This document shows, piece by piece, positions 25,676 to 35,073 of a stretch of 64,000 bases of DNA. The DNA comes from Acidimicrobiales bacterium (lineage in GTDB: Bacteria > Actinomycetota > Acidimicrobiia > Acidimicrobiales > Bog-793). Positions within the stretch are counted from its first letter, which is position 1; each line of letters begins with the position of its first letter. The DNA lies in contig JBKQSP010000051.1 of NCBI GenBank assembly GCA_052143575.1, positions 6,308 to 70,307 on the forward strand, written 5' to 3'. A program made the position numbers and the translations under genes. Below the pieces are notes generated by a model. It was not told the DNA's origin and did no database searches. It saw only the letters and a list, made by a program, of their open reading frames with translations.

Positions 25676-28597
25676 TTGTCACCGTTGTCTGGTGAGGCTG
25701 GTGTTACCGTTGTTGGCACTGTGGCAGTGACGAAACCAGCTGCTGGCACCCGTCCCTCGGGGTCACGCAGCAGCTCGGGTACGGGAGCGCACACGCGCGG
25801 CTCGGGATCGCGCCCCAAGACGGCCACGTCGCGCTCCTCCGGGCGTCCGGGCGGCAGCGGCCGGTCGGCCCGCTCGGAGCGCCGCGGTCGCCCCACCCAG
25901 ACAGGCCGTTCGAGCGCCCGGTCCTCGCCGGCCCGCCGCCGTCCTCCGAAGGGCCCCTCCCTCCTCGAGCGTGCGCTCGACCGCCTCATGGCTCTCGTCG
26001 GGGCGCAGCCGGACGACGCCTGGGGCCTCCTCCTCGTCCTCGTTGGCGTGCTGCTGGCACTCGGCATCCACTTCGGCGTCCTCGGCCCTGCCGGCACGGC
26101 CATCCGCCATGGAGGCGGCCGTCTCTTTGGTTGGGGAGAGGACGTCATCCCGGCCAGCCTCGTTGTCGGCGGCTGCCTCCTTGTCGCCGAGCGCTCCTGG
26201 TGGGGCCTGCTCGGGACGTTCAACTCCGCTCTGCTGCTCACGGTGGCCTCGGCCGGCTTGGCGGACCTGGCCGGCGGAAACCCGGCCCTCCGCTCGCCGG
26301 CGTCTCTCCTGGCGGGCGCTGGCGGCCTCGTCGGCGCCGGCGTCGGCGGAGGGATGGCGAAGGTGATCGGCGTCGCCGGCTCGGGCGTCGTCCTCGGCGT
26401 CGTGGCCTTCACCGCCATCTGCTGGCTCCTCGGCGGCCGCGTCGTCGAGGTCCTGCGCGGTGCCGCCGCCGTCCTCAGCCGGGCGGGGCGGGGCGCCGCC
26501 GCCACGTTCCGGGAGTTCCGTCACCAGACGCTCACGGGCGCCCAGCTCGAGGCTGCCCGCCTGGCCGCCCTGGCGGCGCCGCCCCTCCTGGAGCCTGCAG
26601 CCAGCCGGCGTGGCGTCCCTGGCGCCGACGAGGGACCGGGCCTCTCCGGCTTCGAGCCGATCGCCCCGCCGCCGATGGAGCACGATCACGATGCCGAGCC
26701 GGCTCACACCGCTGTGGGCGCCGAGGCTGGCGAACCCGCCGTCCTGCACGCCGCCGGCATGCTGGACGCCTCCTCCGCCGACGGCAAGCCCGAGCAGCTG
26801 ACGCTCCCCGTCCCCCTCCCGAACGCCAATTGGCGCCTGCCGGCGATCAGGCTGCTGAAGCGCAGCAAGGACCAGGCCCACGACCGAGCCGAGATCGAGT
26901 CGCGGGGCCGCGTGCTCGAGCGAGCTCTGGCGGCTCACGGCGTCGAAACCCACCTCGTCGGTTTCACCGTCGGCCCCACCGTCACCCGCTTCGAGCTGGA
27001 GCTCGGGGCCGGTGTCAAGGTGGCGCGTGTCACGAACCTCGCCAAGGACATCGCCTATGCCATGGCGTCGGCCGACGTGCGCATCCTCGCCCCCATCCCG
27101 GGGCGCTCGGCCATCGGCGTCGAGGTGCCGAACCAGAACCGCCAACTCGTCACGCTCGGCGACGTCCTCTCGACGAACGACGCCCGCCGAGCGACCCACC
27201 CGCTCGAGGTGGCCCTCGGCCGCGACATCGCCGGCCGGGCCGTCATGATCAACCTCGCCGAGATGCCCCACCTGCTCATCGCCGGTGCCACAGGGGCGGG
27301 CAAGTCCTCCTGCATCAACTCGGTGATCACGTCGATCCTCATGCGGGCGACCCCGGACGAGGTCCGCCTCATCCTCGTCGACCCGAAGCGGGTCGAGCTC
27401 GGGCACTACAACGGCCTCCCCCACCTGCTGACGCAGGTCGTCGTGAACCCGAAGCGGGCGGCCAACGCCCTCAGCTGGGCCGTGACGGAGATGGAGCGAC
27501 GCTACGACCTCCTCGCCGAAGTCGGCATGCGCGACATCACCGGGTACAACGCCGCCGTCGACCGCGGCGACCTCGACGTGGCGGCGACCGAGATCGAGCT
27601 CGAGGACGCCAGCGACGAGGGGGAGGGCGCCGAGCTGGCCTACCTGGCCGCCCTCGGGGACCTCACCGAGCTCGGGGACGATGACGAGCTCGGCGGGGAC
27701 GAGCACGACCTCGCCGCCGACAGCGCCCGGGGCGCCCCCGCCGGGGAGGCGGGCCCGAGGTTCGAAGGCGTCGGGCCCGGGAGCATCTCGCTCCTCGGTG
27801 GCGTCCCCGTGCCGCCGGCAGCGCCGCAGGGCGTCGCCGAGCCGGCGCCGCCCCGGCCGACCTCGCCCGCCGTCGCGGCCATGGTGAGCGAGTCGCGCAC
27901 CCGCACGCAGGCTCGAGACGGCGTCGTTCACGGCCGCCTGCCCTTCGTCCTCATCGTCGTGGACGAGCTGAACGACCTCATGATGGTGGCCGCCCGCGAT
28001 GTCGAGGAGTCGATCTGCCGCATCGCCCAGATGGCACGAGCCGTCGGCATCCACCTCGTGATCGCCACCCAGCGCCCCTCCGTCGACGTCATCACGGGCG
28101 TCATCAAGGCGAACATCCCCTCGCGCCTCGCCTTCTCCGTCTCCTCGCTCGCCGACAGCCGCGTGATCCTCGACCAGCCGGGGGCGGAACGCCTCATCGG
28201 ACGGGGCGACCTCCTGCTGCTCTCGGCCTCCTCCAGCGTGGCCCGCCGCCTGCAGGGACCCTGGGTGGGCGAGGACGAGGTCCGCAGCATCGTCGCTCAC
28301 TGGCGGCGCCAGAGCGGGCCGCGATACGTCGAGGGCGTCGAGGGAGAGGAATCAGCCGGCGGTATGCCCGGCGGCAGCGACGACGACGACGAGCTGCTCA
28401 TGACGGCAATGGAGCTCGTCGTCCGGTCGCAACTAGGCTCTACCTCCATGTTGCAGCGCAAGCTCCGCGTCGGCTTCGCACGAGCGGGACGGTTGATGGA
28501 TCTGTTGGAGCGGCGCGGCGTCGTCGGCCCCTCCGAGGGCTCGAAAGCACGGGCCGTCCTCATGACGCCCGAGGAGCTCGATCAGATCGATCGGTGA
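25676..28597 (+). CDS. ftsK: DNA translocase FtsK/SpoIIIE with a large low-complexity insertion in the motor domain
   Basis: Membrane N-domain, Walker A GATGAGKSS, Walker B LIVVDELNDLMM, QRPS motif and a C-terminal gamma winged helix (MLQRKLRVGFARAGRLMDLLERRGVVGP). The exact start is uncertain. Confidence 0.9.
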   Translation: MSPLSGEAGVTVVGTVAVTKPAAGTRPSGSRSSSGTGAHTRGSGSRPKTATSRSSGRPGGSGRSARSERRGRPTQTGRSSARSSPARRRPPKGPSLLERALDRLMALVGAQPDDAWGLLLVLVGVLLALGIHFGVLGPAGTAIRHGGGRLFGWGEDVIPASLVVGGCLLVAERSWWGLLGTFNSALLLTVASAGLADLAGGNPALRSPASLLAGAGGLVGAGVGGGMAKVIGVAGSGVVLGVVAFTAICWLLGGRVVEVLRGAAAVLSRAGRGAAATFREFRHQTLTGAQLEAARLAALAAPPLLEPAASRRGVPGADEGPGLSGFEPIAPPPMEHDHDAEPAHTAVGAEAGEPAVLHAAGMLDASSADGKPEQLTLPVPLPNANWRLPAIRLLKRSKDQAHDRAEIESRGRVLERALAAHGVETHLVGFTVGPTVTRFELELGAGVKVARVTNLAKDIAYAMASADVRILAPIPGRSAIGVEVPNQNRQLVTLGDVLSTNDARRATHPLEVALGRDIAGRAVMINLAEMPHLLIAGATGAGKSSCINSVITSILMRATPDEVRLILVDPKRVELGHYNGLPHLLTQVVVNPKRAANALSWAVTEMERRYDLLAEVGMRDITGYNAAVDRGDLDVAATEIELEDASDEGEGAELAYLAALGDLTELGDDDELGGDEHDLAADSARGAPAGEAGPRFEGVGPGSISLLGGVPVPPAAPQGVAEPAPPRPTSPAVAAMVSESRTRTQARDGVVHGRLPFVLIVVDELNDLMMVAARDVEESICRIAQMARAVGIHLVIATQRPSVDVITGVIKANIPSRLAFSVSSLADSRVILDQPGAERLIGRGDLLLLSASSSVARRLQGPWVGEDEVRSIVAHWRRQSGPRYVEGVEGEESAGGMPGGSDDDDELLMTAMELVVRSQLGSTSMLQRKLRVGFARAGRLMDLLERRGVVGPSEGSKARAVLMTPEELDQIDR

Positions 28598-28639
28598 CCA
28601 GGGCGACATGAACCCTCACCGTTACCTAAGTTTGTAGCT

Positions 28640-30061
28640 ATGACGGCTGCGAACCAGACGCCAGCGGGTCGGCCGCGGGTGCCGTCTCATCTCGCGGGGC
28701 AGCAGCCGGGCAAGCACGCTCGCAGTGCACCGCCCCGAAACGCCGCGGAGCGGGCAGCCCGCTTGCAGGCAGCCCGCCGGCGGGGACGGCAGCGGCTCGC
28801 CGTCATCGTGCTGGCCTGTGGCGCCGTGACCTTCCTCATCGTCTCCCTGGCGGGCTCGGCCACCCCCGCCCGCAAGAAGGACGCGGCAGCGACGCTCGGC
28901 GCCCCCCACACGAGCGTCCTTGTCAGTCCGCATCTCACGTCGAGCCTGGCATCCTCGTTCGTGGTCCCCGGCAAGCCGCTCGCCCTCCCCTTCCCGGGCA
29001 CGGGCGAGGGGGCGGTCCTCGTCGACGGGATCGGCCTCGTCGCCGCCAGCGAGGACGAGCGCTCCGTGCCGGTTGCCAGCGTCACCAAGATCATGACCGC
29101 CTACCTCGTGCTGAAGGACCATCCCCTCACCGGCAAATCCGGCGGACCGGTCTTCACCATGACCTCTGCTGATCACGACGCCTGGATCGAGGCGTCCATG
29201 CAGGACGAGTCCAACATCGAGGTCAAGGCCGGCGAGCGCCTCGACGAGCGGCAACTGCTGCAAGCCCTCATGATCCCGTCGGCCGACAACATCGCCGACT
29301 ACCTGGCGGCCTGGGACGCCGGGAGCATCAAGGCCTTCGTGGCGAAGATGAACGCCACGGCGGCGGCCATGCACCTCACGGGCACGCACTTCGCCGACGC
29401 AAGCGGGGTCAACCCCGGCTCCCGTGGGACGGCCATCGACATGGCACGCCTGGCAGCCGCTGCTTTCTCGAACCCGGTGCTGCAGTCGATCATCGACGAG
29501 CAGTTCATCAGGTTGCCCGTCTCCGGGGAGATCTGGAACAACTACGACCCGGCAGTTGACGTCGACGGGATCATCGGGGGGAAGTCGGGTTTCACGGATG
29601 CGGCGCAGACGAACCTCGTGACGGCAGCCTGGCGCACCGTCGCCCGCCACCGCGTGCTCGTCATCTGCGACGTCATCAATCAGCCGAACTCGTTGTCCGG
29701 CGACGCCGAGGAAGACGAGTCGCTTCTGAACGCCGTGACGGGCGAGCTGCGGCTGGCGCGGATCATGCCGCGCCAGGCGAGCGTCGGCGAAGCGACGGCC
29801 GCCTGGAACCACGGCACCTCGTTCCTGCGGCTCGACGCCCCGGTGGCCGTCGTCGCCTGGCCGGGCCTCGTTCTCAGGCCGGCCGTGGCGGCCGTGCCGA
29901 CTGCGGCGAGCGCCGCCCGACACGGTTGGCCGGCCGGCTGCACGATCGGGACCTTCGAGCTCGACTATCCCGACGGCCCGGCCCTCAGCGCACCCGTCGT
30001 GCTGCAGACGGCGATCGGGCCGCCTCCTGCCGGCTGGGCACCACCGGGCAACCTCCGTTGA
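28640..30061 (+). CDS. D-alanyl-D-alanine carboxypeptidase family serine hydrolase (S11-like)
   Basis: N-terminal membrane anchor and SxxK motif in PVASVTKIMTAYLVL. Confidence 0.75.
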   Translation: MTAANQTPAGRPRVPSHLAGQQPGKHARSAPPRNAAERAARLQAARRRGRQRLAVIVLACGAVTFLIVSLAGSATPARKKDAAATLGAPHTSVLVSPHLTSSLASSFVVPGKPLALPFPGTGEGAVLVDGIGLVAASEDERSVPVASVTKIMTAYLVLKDHPLTGKSGGPVFTMTSADHDAWIEASMQDESNIEVKAGERLDERQLLQALMIPSADNIADYLAAWDAGSIKAFVAKMNATAAAMHLTGTHFADASGVNPGSRGTAIDMARLAAAAFSNPVLQSIIDEQFIRLPVSGEIWNNYDPAVDVDGIIGGKSGFTDAAQTNLVTAAWRTVARHRVLVICDVINQPNSLSGDAEEDESLLNAVTGELRLARIMPRQASVGEATAAWNHGTSFLRLDAPVAVVAWPGLVLRPAVAAVPTAASAARHGWPAGCTIGTFELDYPDGPALSAPVVLQTAIGPPPAGWAPPGNLR

Positions 30062-30073
30062 CCGGCCGCTGAG

Positions 30074-30925
30074 GTGCGGGCACGAGTCCCGGCTTCCTCC
30101 TCGAACCTCGGGCCCGGCTATGACGTGCTCGGGCTCGCCCTGCGGATGTACGTCGAGGTGGAGGTGCTACCGGCCGCCCGATTGCACATCGTCAGCGAGG
30201 GCGAAGGGTCTGATCTTCCTGCCGACGAGTCGCACCTCGCCGCCGCCGTCGTCCGCTCCGTGCTCGGGCACGACCGCGTGGCGCTCCACGTGCGTTCGTC
30301 GATACCCGTCAGCCGCGGTCTCGGCTCGTCGGCGGCCCTGGCAGTGGCCGCCGCCGCTGCCGCCGGAGGCGGCGATCCGCTCGCCGTTGGTGCCGCTGTC
30401 GACGGCCACGCCGAGAACGCCGCCGCCTCCATGCTGGGCGGTCTCGTGGCCGCCACGATGATCGACGGCGCTCCCGTCGCCCGGCGGCTGCCGCTCGACG
30501 GCCGCCTCGGGTTCGTCATCGTCGTGCCCGACCGTCACCTCCCCACCAAGCTCGCCCGTTCCGTCCTGCCCGCCACGGTTCCCCTCGGCGACGTCATCCA
30601 CAACCTCGGGCGCATGGGCCTCCTCGTCGCCGGCTTGGCGGACGCCTCCTCGCTCTTCGCCGGCGCAGGCGACGACCGGCTCCACCAAGGACCGCGCGCA
30701 GCCTTGTTCCCAGAGGCGCCCGAGCTGCTCGACCGCCTCCGCGCAGGGGGTGCCACGGTCGCCTGTTGGTCGGGCGCCGGCCCCGCCATGCTCGCCATCT
30801 GCGCCGACGGCGAGTCCGCCCTGAAGGTGGAGTCAGCCGCCGTCCGGGCACTCTCGGATCTCGGGCTGCCCGGCCAGGCCGCCGTGATCGAGCCGGACCT
30901 GGAGGGTCTCGTCGTCACGAGTTGA
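30074..30925 (+). CDS. thrB: homoserine kinase
   Basis: VPASSSNLGPGYDVLGLAL and the GHMP motif PVSRGLGSSAA. No hom or thrC is adjacent. Confidence 0.8.
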   Translation: MRARVPASSSNLGPGYDVLGLALRMYVEVEVLPAARLHIVSEGEGSDLPADESHLAAAVVRSVLGHDRVALHVRSSIPVSRGLGSSAALAVAAAAAAGGGDPLAVGAAVDGHAENAAASMLGGLVAATMIDGAPVARRLPLDGRLGFVIVVPDRHLPTKLARSVLPATVPLGDVIHNLGRMGLLVAGLADASSLFAGAGDDRLHQGPRAALFPEAPELLDRLRAGGATVACWSGAGPAMLAICADGESALKVESAAVRALSDLGLPGQAAVIEPDLEGLVVTS

Positions 30926-31076
30926 AGGCGGTCGATGAGCGCTCGGCCATCACTCCGGGCGTCGCTCCGGCGGGTGCAGGCTCCACCCCGGCAGGCTCCG
31001 GGATCACCCCGGCAGGCTGGGGCGGTCGTCGGTAAGGTTTGCCCGAGCCAGCAGGAAGCCGGCCGGGAGGAACCGA

Positions 31077-32243
31077 ATGCGACTGTTCAGCTTTCACCTG
31101 ATGCCCTACCCGGGCCTGCCGCCCGACTACGACGGCCCAGCCTGGATCAAGTGCCCGAACGAATTCTTCGACCCGTCGATCGGCACCGAGATCTACAACC
31201 GCTATCTCGACGAGCTGATCCTCGCCGACGAGCTCGGTTTCGACGGCGTCTGCGTCAACGAGCACCATCAGAACGCCTACGGCTTGATGCCCTCGCCGAA
31301 CCTGATGGCCTCCATCCTCGCCCGCGAGACGACGAACTGCCGCATCGCCGTCGTCGGGAACGCCCTCCCGCTCTACGACCCGCCGACACGGGTGGCTGAG
31401 GAGTTCGCCACGATCGATTGCATATCCGGCGGCCGCCTCATCGCCGGCATGGTCGTCGGCGGCGGCCCTGAGTACTACTCGTTCGCCATCAACCCGGCCG
31501 AGGCCCGCTCCCGCTTCGCCGAGGCGCACGACCTCATCATCAAGGCCTGGACCGAGCCCGGTCCCTTCGAGTTCATCGGGAAGCACTACCGCATCCGTTA
31601 CGTCAACACCTGGCCGCGGCCCGTGCAGCGGCCCCATCCGGAGATCTGGATCCCGGGCGCCGGCTCCCTCGAGACGCTGGAGTTCGTCGCCAAGCATCGC
31701 TATGCCTACATGGGCATCCCGTACTTTCATATCTCGGTCTTCGAGCGCATGTTCCGTCTCATGCGGGAGGCGTGCGAGAACGAGGGCTACGAGGCCGACC
31801 CGCTCCAGCTCGGCTGGCTTGTCCCGATCTTCGTGGCCGAGACGGACGCCGAGGCGCGGGAACGCTTCGAGGAGCACTTCTGGTACTTCGTGAAACGCCT
31901 CCTCCCCGGCATCTCCATCTCGCCACCCGGCTACACCTCGGTGCGCTCCCTCGAGAACATCATCAAGGGCGGCCACACCTTCGCCGAGTTCCTCGAGACC
32001 TGGGAGCAGGTTGTCGAGGGTCAGTACGCCATCGTCGGCTCGCCCGAGACGGTGCTCGAGAAGCTGACGGAGAACGTCGAGCGCCTCGGGGTCGGCAACC
32101 TGCTGGGGCTGTTCCAGCTCGGCACGCTCGGGGCCGACGACACTCGCCGCAACCTCGAGCTGTTCGCGGCCGAGGTCGCCCCGACGTTGCGGGCGCGCTT
32201 TCCGGGCACCGAGCGGCGAATCATCAGCGGGGCGGTGGCGTGA
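31077..32243 (+). CDS. LLM-class (luciferase-like) flavin-dependent oxidoreductase
   Basis: MRLFSFHLMPY…GFDGVCVNEHHQNAYG…, a typical LLM N-terminal region. Confidence 0.8.
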   Translation: MRLFSFHLMPYPGLPPDYDGPAWIKCPNEFFDPSIGTEIYNRYLDELILADELGFDGVCVNEHHQNAYGLMPSPNLMASILARETTNCRIAVVGNALPLYDPPTRVAEEFATIDCISGGRLIAGMVVGGGPEYYSFAINPAEARSRFAEAHDLIIKAWTEPGPFEFIGKHYRIRYVNTWPRPVQRPHPEIWIPGAGSLETLEFVAKHRYAYMGIPYFHISVFERMFRLMREACENEGYEADPLQLGWLVPIFVAETDAEARERFEEHFWYFVKRLLPGISISPPGYTSVRSLENIIKGGHTFAEFLETWEQVVEGQYAIVGSPETVLEKLTENVERLGVGNLLGLFQLGTLGADDTRRNLELFAAEVAPTLRARFPGTERRIISGAVA

Positions 32244-33127
32244 GCGCCGCCCCGCTCGAGACGGGGCCGTTCGAGACGGCCGTCGGCAGCGTCGTCATGA
32301 CGAGGAGCCCTGCAACCGTCCCGGCGGGCGACGCCGGCCCGCCCATCGTCTATCTGCATTCCTCCGGAGGCGAGACGGGGGCCGACTCGGTGGCGCCCTT
32401 CCTGGAGCTGCTGGCCGAGAGCTCCGAGGTGTACGCGCCGATGTTCCCCGGATTCGCCGGTTCTGCCGGGCTCGAGCAGATCGACGACATGGAGGACGCC
32501 GTCTACCACTGCCTCGACGTCTTCGAGCGGCTCGGCCTCACGGGCGAACGCCGGCCGCACGTCGTCGGGCTGTCCATCGGCGGTTGGATGGCGGCCGAGA
32601 TCGCCTGGCGCTACCCGGAAGCCGTCCGGAGCCTCACCCTCGTGAGCGCCCCTGGTATCTACGTCGCCGGCCATCCCATGAGTGAGCTCTTCGGGCGGCG
32701 TTTCGACGAGCTGGCAGAGGAGACCTTTGCCGACCAGAACCATCCGGTGGCGGCGATGATGCACCAGATGGCCGCCATGAGCCTGGCGGGCGCCGGCGTC
32801 GACATCCCCTTCGAGCTCATCCGGCCGTTCTTCGAGTCCATGGCTGCGGCTGCCAAGCTCGCCTGGAACCCGTACTTCCACAATCCCAAGCTGCCCCGCC
32901 GCCTCGGGCGCGTGACCGCCCCGACGCTCGTGATCGCCGGCCGCCTCGACGGCTTGGTGCCCTTCGAGACTTCGCAGGAGTACGCCCGCCTCATCGCCAG
33001 CGCCCGGCTCGAGATCTGGGACGACGCCAGCCACATGATCCCGCTCGAGCAGCCGGCGCGACTGGCCGGTCGAATCAGCGCCCACGTGAGCGAGGCGCTG
33101 GCAACGCCGCAGGCGGATCGGGGATGA
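32240..33127 (+). CDS. alpha/beta hydrolase
   Basis: GTG 32240 overlaps the LLM stop (GTGA). Nucleophile elbow VVGLSIGGW. The 31772 start in the track lies inside the LLM gene and was rejected. Confidence 0.72.
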   Translation: MSAAPLETGPFETAVGSVVMTRSPATVPAGDAGPPIVYLHSSGGETGADSVAPFLELLAESSEVYAPMFPGFAGSAGLEQIDDMEDAVYHCLDVFERLGLTGERRPHVVGLSIGGWMAAEIAWRYPEAVRSLTLVSAPGIYVAGHPMSELFGRRFDELAEETFADQNHPVAAMMHQMAAMSLAGAGVDIPFELIRPFFESMAAAAKLAWNPYFHNPKLPRRLGRVTAPTLVIAGRLDGLVPFETSQEYARLIASARLEIWDDASHMIPLEQPARLAGRISAHVSEALATPQADRG

Positions 33128-33134
33128 TAGAGGC

Positions 33135-34493
33135 GTGACGAGCGAAGGCGTCGGTGCTTTCATCGGCGCCGGGACGATCGAGGCGCTCGTGCGGTCGTTC
33201 ATCCACACGGGCCAGCTGGCCTACCTGGCGTTGCGAGCCGACGGCGTCGTCGTGTTCGCGAGCGAGTCCAGCAAGGACGTGACGAGCTGGGAGCCCTCGG
33301 CCCTCGTGGGAGCCAACGCACTCGACTGGCTGCACCCCGACGACGCCGAGCGCGCCGTCCTGCAGCTCAGCGAGCTGAACGTCGTCGGCTCGACACCCGG
33401 CACGAGCTTGTTCCGCATCCGGCGAGCCGATGACTCCTGGGTGCCGCTCGAGGTGCTGGCGTCGATGGTGAGCGACGGCGAGGAGTCGCTCATCGGCTTG
33501 TGGATCCGCAATGCCGAGCACCAGCTGTTCCTCGAGGACCTGCTGCACCGCATGGTCAGCGGCGTGAAGCGGGCCGAGGTCCTGCGCCTTGTCTGCGACG
33601 CCGTCGACTGGCAGCAATTCGGTTCGAGCGTGGCCATCTCCTGGAGCGACGACGACGGGCTCCGGCAGGTGAGCACGGGCCTTCCCGACTCGCTCGGGGG
33701 TGCCGACCCGGGCCACAACACGCCCTGGGATCTCACACGGCGCGAGGGTGTCGCCCACCAGGGGACGGCAGCCGAGCTCGACGCCCATCGGCGAGAGCTC
33801 GCCGGCGAGCTCGGCATCGGTGCGTTCTGGGTGGAGCCGGTCACCTGGAGCGCGAACCGTGTGCCGGCGACGATCACCATCTGGACCGAAGCCGGCCCGC
33901 GGGCGCCCGGCATCCATGCCTACGGGATGGGTCTCGTGCGCAACCTCGTCGAGCTCGTGCTCCGCTGGACCGAGCAGGCCGCCCGCCTCGACGAGGCAGC
34001 CCACTCGGATTCGCTCACCGGCCTTGTGAACCACCGGGCCTTCTACATGACCCTCGCGGAGTCGGCCGTCGGCGGCGCCGTCCTGTACTGCGACCTCGAC
34101 CACTTCAAGCCGGTGAACGACGAGCACGGACATTCCGTCGGCGACGCGCTGTTGCGGGTGGCGGCCAAGCGCATCCAAGGCTGCGTACGGGAGGCAGACG
34201 TCGTCGGCCGTCTCGGCGGCGACGAGTTCGCCGTGCTGTGTTACGACGTCACCGACGACGACGCCCTCGAGATCGCCAAGCGGATCCTGCAGAGCCTGCG
34301 GGAGCCGTTTCGTGTCGGTGACGACAACCGCGTCGTGCACATCGACGCCAGCATCGGCGTCGCCGTCAGCTCATCGCCGATGACCGAGGATCTGCTGAAG
34401 GCGGCCGACCGGGCCCTCAGCGCCGCCAAGGGCGCCGGGAGGGGCAGGGTCATCCTGGGGACGCCGAGCGGGTTCAGGGAGCAGCCGGGCTGA
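33135..34493 (+). CDS. sensor diguanylate cyclase (PAS-like N-terminus, central sensory region, GGDEF domain)
   Basis: Intact GGDEF active site (GRLGGDEFAV) with an RxxD I-site (READ) five residues upstream. PAS-like segment LVGANALDWLHPDD. Confidence 0.85.
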   Translation: MTSEGVGAFIGAGTIEALVRSFIHTGQLAYLALRADGVVVFASESSKDVTSWEPSALVGANALDWLHPDDAERAVLQLSELNVVGSTPGTSLFRIRRADDSWVPLEVLASMVSDGEESLIGLWIRNAEHQLFLEDLLHRMVSGVKRAEVLRLVCDAVDWQQFGSSVAISWSDDDGLRQVSTGLPDSLGGADPGHNTPWDLTRREGVAHQGTAAELDAHRRELAGELGIGAFWVEPVTWSANRVPATITIWTEAGPRAPGIHAYGMGLVRNLVELVLRWTEQAARLDEAAHSDSLTGLVNHRAFYMTLAESAVGGAVLYCDLDHFKPVNDEHGHSVGDALLRVAAKRIQGCVREADVVGRLGGDEFAVLCYDVTDDDALEIAKRILQSLREPFRVGDDNRVVHIDASIGVAVSSSPMTEDLLKAADRALSAAKGAGRGRVILGTPSGFREQPG

Positions 34494-34506
34494 GGAAGGC
34501 TGGTGA

Positions 34507-34546
34507 GCGAGCCGGGCCCCGCCGGCGGCGGGCGTCGCCGGCTCGC
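34507..34546. terminator. bidirectional stem-loop between convergent GGDEF gene and sufU
   Basis: Outer 9-bp stem gcgagccgg / ccggctcgc with an inner cccgcc / ggcggg stem. Confidence 0.5.
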
Positions 34547-34560
34547 CAGCGTCGAGACCC

Positions 34561-35073
34561 TCAGGCCTCGCTCGGGACCCCGGCGTCGATCTCGTCGAGA
34601 CCCTGCAGGAGCGTGTTCCACGAGAGCGTGGCGCACTTGATGCGCACGGGAAACTTCACGACCCCTTGCAGGGCGGCAAGCTCGCCGAGATCCTGATCCG
34701 AGAGGGCCCGGGCCGCATCGGCCACGTCGCCGGTGTCGGATCCGTCTGCCTCGCCGCCGATGCTGTGCTCGTGGATCGTCATCATGGCCTTGAAGGAGTC
34801 GATGAGCTGGCGGGCCTTCGCCGTGGACTTGCCCTTCACGGCGGCCGACATCATCGAGGCCGACGACTGGCTGATCGAGCAGCCCTGCCCGCTGATCTTG
34901 AGGTCCTTCACGGTGTCACCATCGACCTCCATGTAGACCACGACCTCGTCGCCGCACAAGGGGTTGAATCCTTCCACGCGGTGCGCAGGCGGCACCTCCA
35001 GCTCGCCCCGGTTCCGAGGCGAGCGGTAGTGGTCGAGGATGATCTCGCGGTAGAGGTCTTCCAAGCCCGTCAT
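34561..35073 (-). CDS. sufU: SUF-type Fe-S cluster scaffold SufU (NifU/IscU-like)
   Basis: LYREIILDHYRSPRNRG…NPLCGDEV…GQGCSISQSSASMM. Confidence 0.9.
   Translation of the reverse strand: MTGLEDLYREIILDHYRSPRNRGELEVPPAHRVEGFNPLCGDEVVVYMEVDGDTVKDLKISGQGCSISQSSASMMSAAVKGKSTAKARQLIDSFKAMMTIHEHSIGGEADGSDTGDVADAARALSDQDLGELAALQGVVKFPVRIKCATLSWNTLLQGLDEIDAGVPSEA

Noticed and set aside
25763-28300. 845-aa minus-strand ORF, plus the 22168..23922 and 23675..25480 minus-strand ORFs
   Set aside because: They are antisense to ftsK, dapA and rnj respectively. All have shadow composition and no motifs.
30950-31025. Short direct repeats (cccggcaggctcc / ccccggcaggctgg) upstream of the LLM gene as a regulatory array
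   Set aside because: There are only two to three imperfect copies with irregular spacing in GC-rich sequence. This is too weak to separate from chance.
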